In this document: piece by piece, positions 62,651 to 64,000 of the stretch
Position numbering within the stretch: position 1 is the stretch's first letter
How the letters are laid out: the number at the start of each line of letters is the position of its first letter
The notes under the pieces: model-generated
The model's database searches: none
Seen by the model: only the letters and a program-made list of their open reading frames with translations
Told to the model about the DNA's origin: nothing
Translations under genes and position numbers: made by a program
Source: Christensenella sp.
GTDB lineage: Bacteria; Bacillota; Clostridia; Christensenellales; CAG-138
Direction: 5' to 3'
Length of the DNA stretch: 64,000 nt
Assembly: GCA_034927595.1 (NCBI GenBank)
Contig: JAYFPQ010000017.1
Location: 100,544-164,543 of the forward strand

Positions 62651-63697
62651 ATGAAAAAGGCTACGATTCTAGTCGCGATCCTGATGGTGGTTGCCCTGTT
62701 GGCAACCGGTTGCGCAGCGCCTGCGCCTGCGGCCGCCACGGCGGAAACCGCAGAAGCCACCACAGCAGCGGCGCTCCCCGGCGAGGGAGAAACCTATGTG
62801 GTCATCGGCTCCCTGTTCCAGCTGGAGTTCTTTGACGCGCTCAAGGCTGGCGTCGGCGACGCGGCCAATTCCATCGGTGCCAAGTGGTACTATGCCGGCC
62901 CGCAGGAATTCGTTCCGGATCAGATTTCCCAGGCCATCGACCAGGCAGTTGCAAACAAGGTCACCGGTATTGTGCTGCACGGCCAGTCCCCGGAAACCGC
63001 AGCGGCTGTTGACAACGCCATCGCGGCGGGCGTACCCGTGATCATCGTCAACACGGACATCCCCAGCAACCGCCTCTCCTTCCTCGGCTGCAACCCGTAC
63101 CAGGCCGGTTACGACATGGGCGAACAGATGGGCAAGCTCCTCGCGGGTAAAACCGGTACCGTCCTGATCTCGACCGCCATCAGCGCAGGACAGCCGTCCG
63201 CTCTGGAGAATCTCCGCGGCGCGAAGGAAGCGCTGGCCAACTACACCGGCGTGAACGTCGTAGAGGTGGATGACACCGCGGACGCAAACGTTGCCGCAAC
63301 CAACATCGGCGCGGCGCTGCAGGCAAATGCGGACGTCGTTGGCATCATCGGCCAGCAGGCCTACACAGCGGTTGGCGCTTGCACCGCCGTGCGCGAAGCG
63401 GGCTTAACGGGCAAAGTCATCGTCATCGGTCGTGACCGCGACACCGCGACGCTCGAGCTCATTGAAAACGGCGAACTCGCCGCTTCCTATGCGCAGAACT
63501 CCTACGTGGAAGGTTTCATCGCCCTCCAGTGGCTGCATGACTACGTCAACGGCGACCTGAAGGTCATCGGCGATTACATCGGTGGTGGCGTCAACCCGCT
63601 GCCGAAGACGGTTGACTCCGGCTCCATCGTCATCACGAAGGAAAACGCCGCCCAGTTCAAAGAAAAGTACGTCTGGGAAGTCACCGCAGGCAAATAA
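62651..63697 (+). CDS. Sugar ABC substrate-binding lipoprotein (PBP1)
   Basis: 348 aa. Lipobox LLATGC, an Ala/Pro/Thr linker, and a PBP1 fold (YVVIGSLFQLEFFD.., ..IVNTDIP..). Confidence 0.85.
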   Translation: MKKATILVAILMVVALLATGCAAPAPAAATAETAEATTAAALPGEGETYVVIGSLFQLEFFDALKAGVGDAANSIGAKWYYAGPQEFVPDQISQAIDQAVANKVTGIVLHGQSPETAAAVDNAIAAGVPVIIVNTDIPSNRLSFLGCNPYQAGYDMGEQMGKLLAGKTGTVLISTAISAGQPSALENLRGAKEALANYTGVNVVEVDDTADANVAATNIGAALQANADVVGIIGQQAYTAVGACTAVREAGLTGKVIVIGRDRDTATLELIENGELAASYAQNSYVEGFIALQWLHDYVNGDLKVIGDYIGGGVNPLPKTVDSGSIVITKENAAQFKEKYVWEVTAGK

Positions 63698-63712
63698 GCG
63701 AACCGACACATG

Positions 63713-63738
63713 CGGAGGGGGCGTTCGCGTCCCCTCCG
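63713..63738 (+). terminator. Hairpin after the binding-protein gene (weak terminator or processing site)
   Basis: CGGAGGGG-N10-CCCCTCCG 8-bp GC stem with no clear T-run. Confidence 0.35.
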
Positions 63739-63813
63739 ATCCTTCCAAGCGGATCTTCTCCAAAAAGATGTTCGCGGAACGTCAGATAAAGTAACACTGA
63801 CATGAGGTTTAAC

Positions 63814-64000
63814 ATGAACGACGAAAAGATCGGCTTGCTGCCGCTCTATTTAAAACTCTACGACGACACCGTTCCCTCCATGCGTCCGCGGGTCGAGCGC
63901 TTTCGCGATTCGATTCAGCATGCGCTGGAACAGGAAGGGCTGTCGATTGTCTCCGCGCCGATCTGCCGGGTCGAACCGGAATTTCGCGCGGCGGTCAATC
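63814..64000 (+). CDS. 3'-truncated CDS, possibly an L-fucose/L-arabinose-isomerase-family protein
   Basis: ATG 63814 behind GAGG. The N-terminus MNDEKIGLLPLYLKLYDDTVPSMRPRVERF resembles, from memory, the N-termini of uncharacterised FucI/AraA-like isomerases. Only 62 codons are visible. Confidence 0.35.
   Translation, partial: MNDEKIGLLPLYLKLYDDTVPSMRPRVERFRDSIQHALEQEGLSIVSAPICRVEPEFRAAVN

Overview
GC-rich chromosomal segment with short, sharply AT-rich control regions. Gene content points to a monoderm anaerobic Firmicute (Clostridia-like): sortase/LPXTG pili, a Flp/Tad pilus with no secretin, and BMC shell genes. Content in order: (1) 1-6.7 kb, the 3' part of a bacterial microcompartment operon: three EutN/CcmL vertex paralogs, BMC-H, PduT-like BMC-T, PduS-like Fe-S flavoprotein, CoA-acylating aldehyde dehydrogenase, deoxyribose-phosphate aldolase with an encapsulation-peptide-like N-terminus, and an SDR. 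(2) A divergent AraR-type regulator. (3) 8.6-13.4 kb, two paralogous serine-hydrolase/8-TM fusion proteins under duplicated promoters, plus a PepSY lipoprotein. (4) 13.8-21.3 kb, an araA-araD-ulaE/sgbU-lyxK-polyol dehydrogenase-second FGGY kinase operon. (5) 21.4-35.1 kb, an Mga/RofA-like regulator and a sortase-dependent pilus island (tip adhesin, major pilin, class C sortase, basal pilin, second sortase), followed by a small HTH protein, a GT-C-like membrane protein, signal peptidase I and an NlpC/P60 lipoprotein. (6) 35.3-47.9 kb, a Tad/Flp pilus operon behind a promoter, a leader of about 620 nt, a c-di-GMP-I riboswitch and an intrinsic terminator; it includes two 53-aa Flp pilin genes that the >=60-aa ORF track misses. 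(7) 48-64 kb, two RbsC-RbsA-RbsB-like sugar ABC systems, each with a LacI regulator, flanking a ceramidase-fold protein and a divergent kinase/DUF4432/amidohydrolase operon of unknown substrate. No rRNA, tRNA, CRISPR or intact mobile element was seen. The most unusual signals are three operon-internal tandem echo repeats of gene 3' ends whose copies differ almost only at third codon positions, the riboswitch-controlled Tad operon, the DERA-type microcompartment, and the hydrolase-membrane fusion pair.
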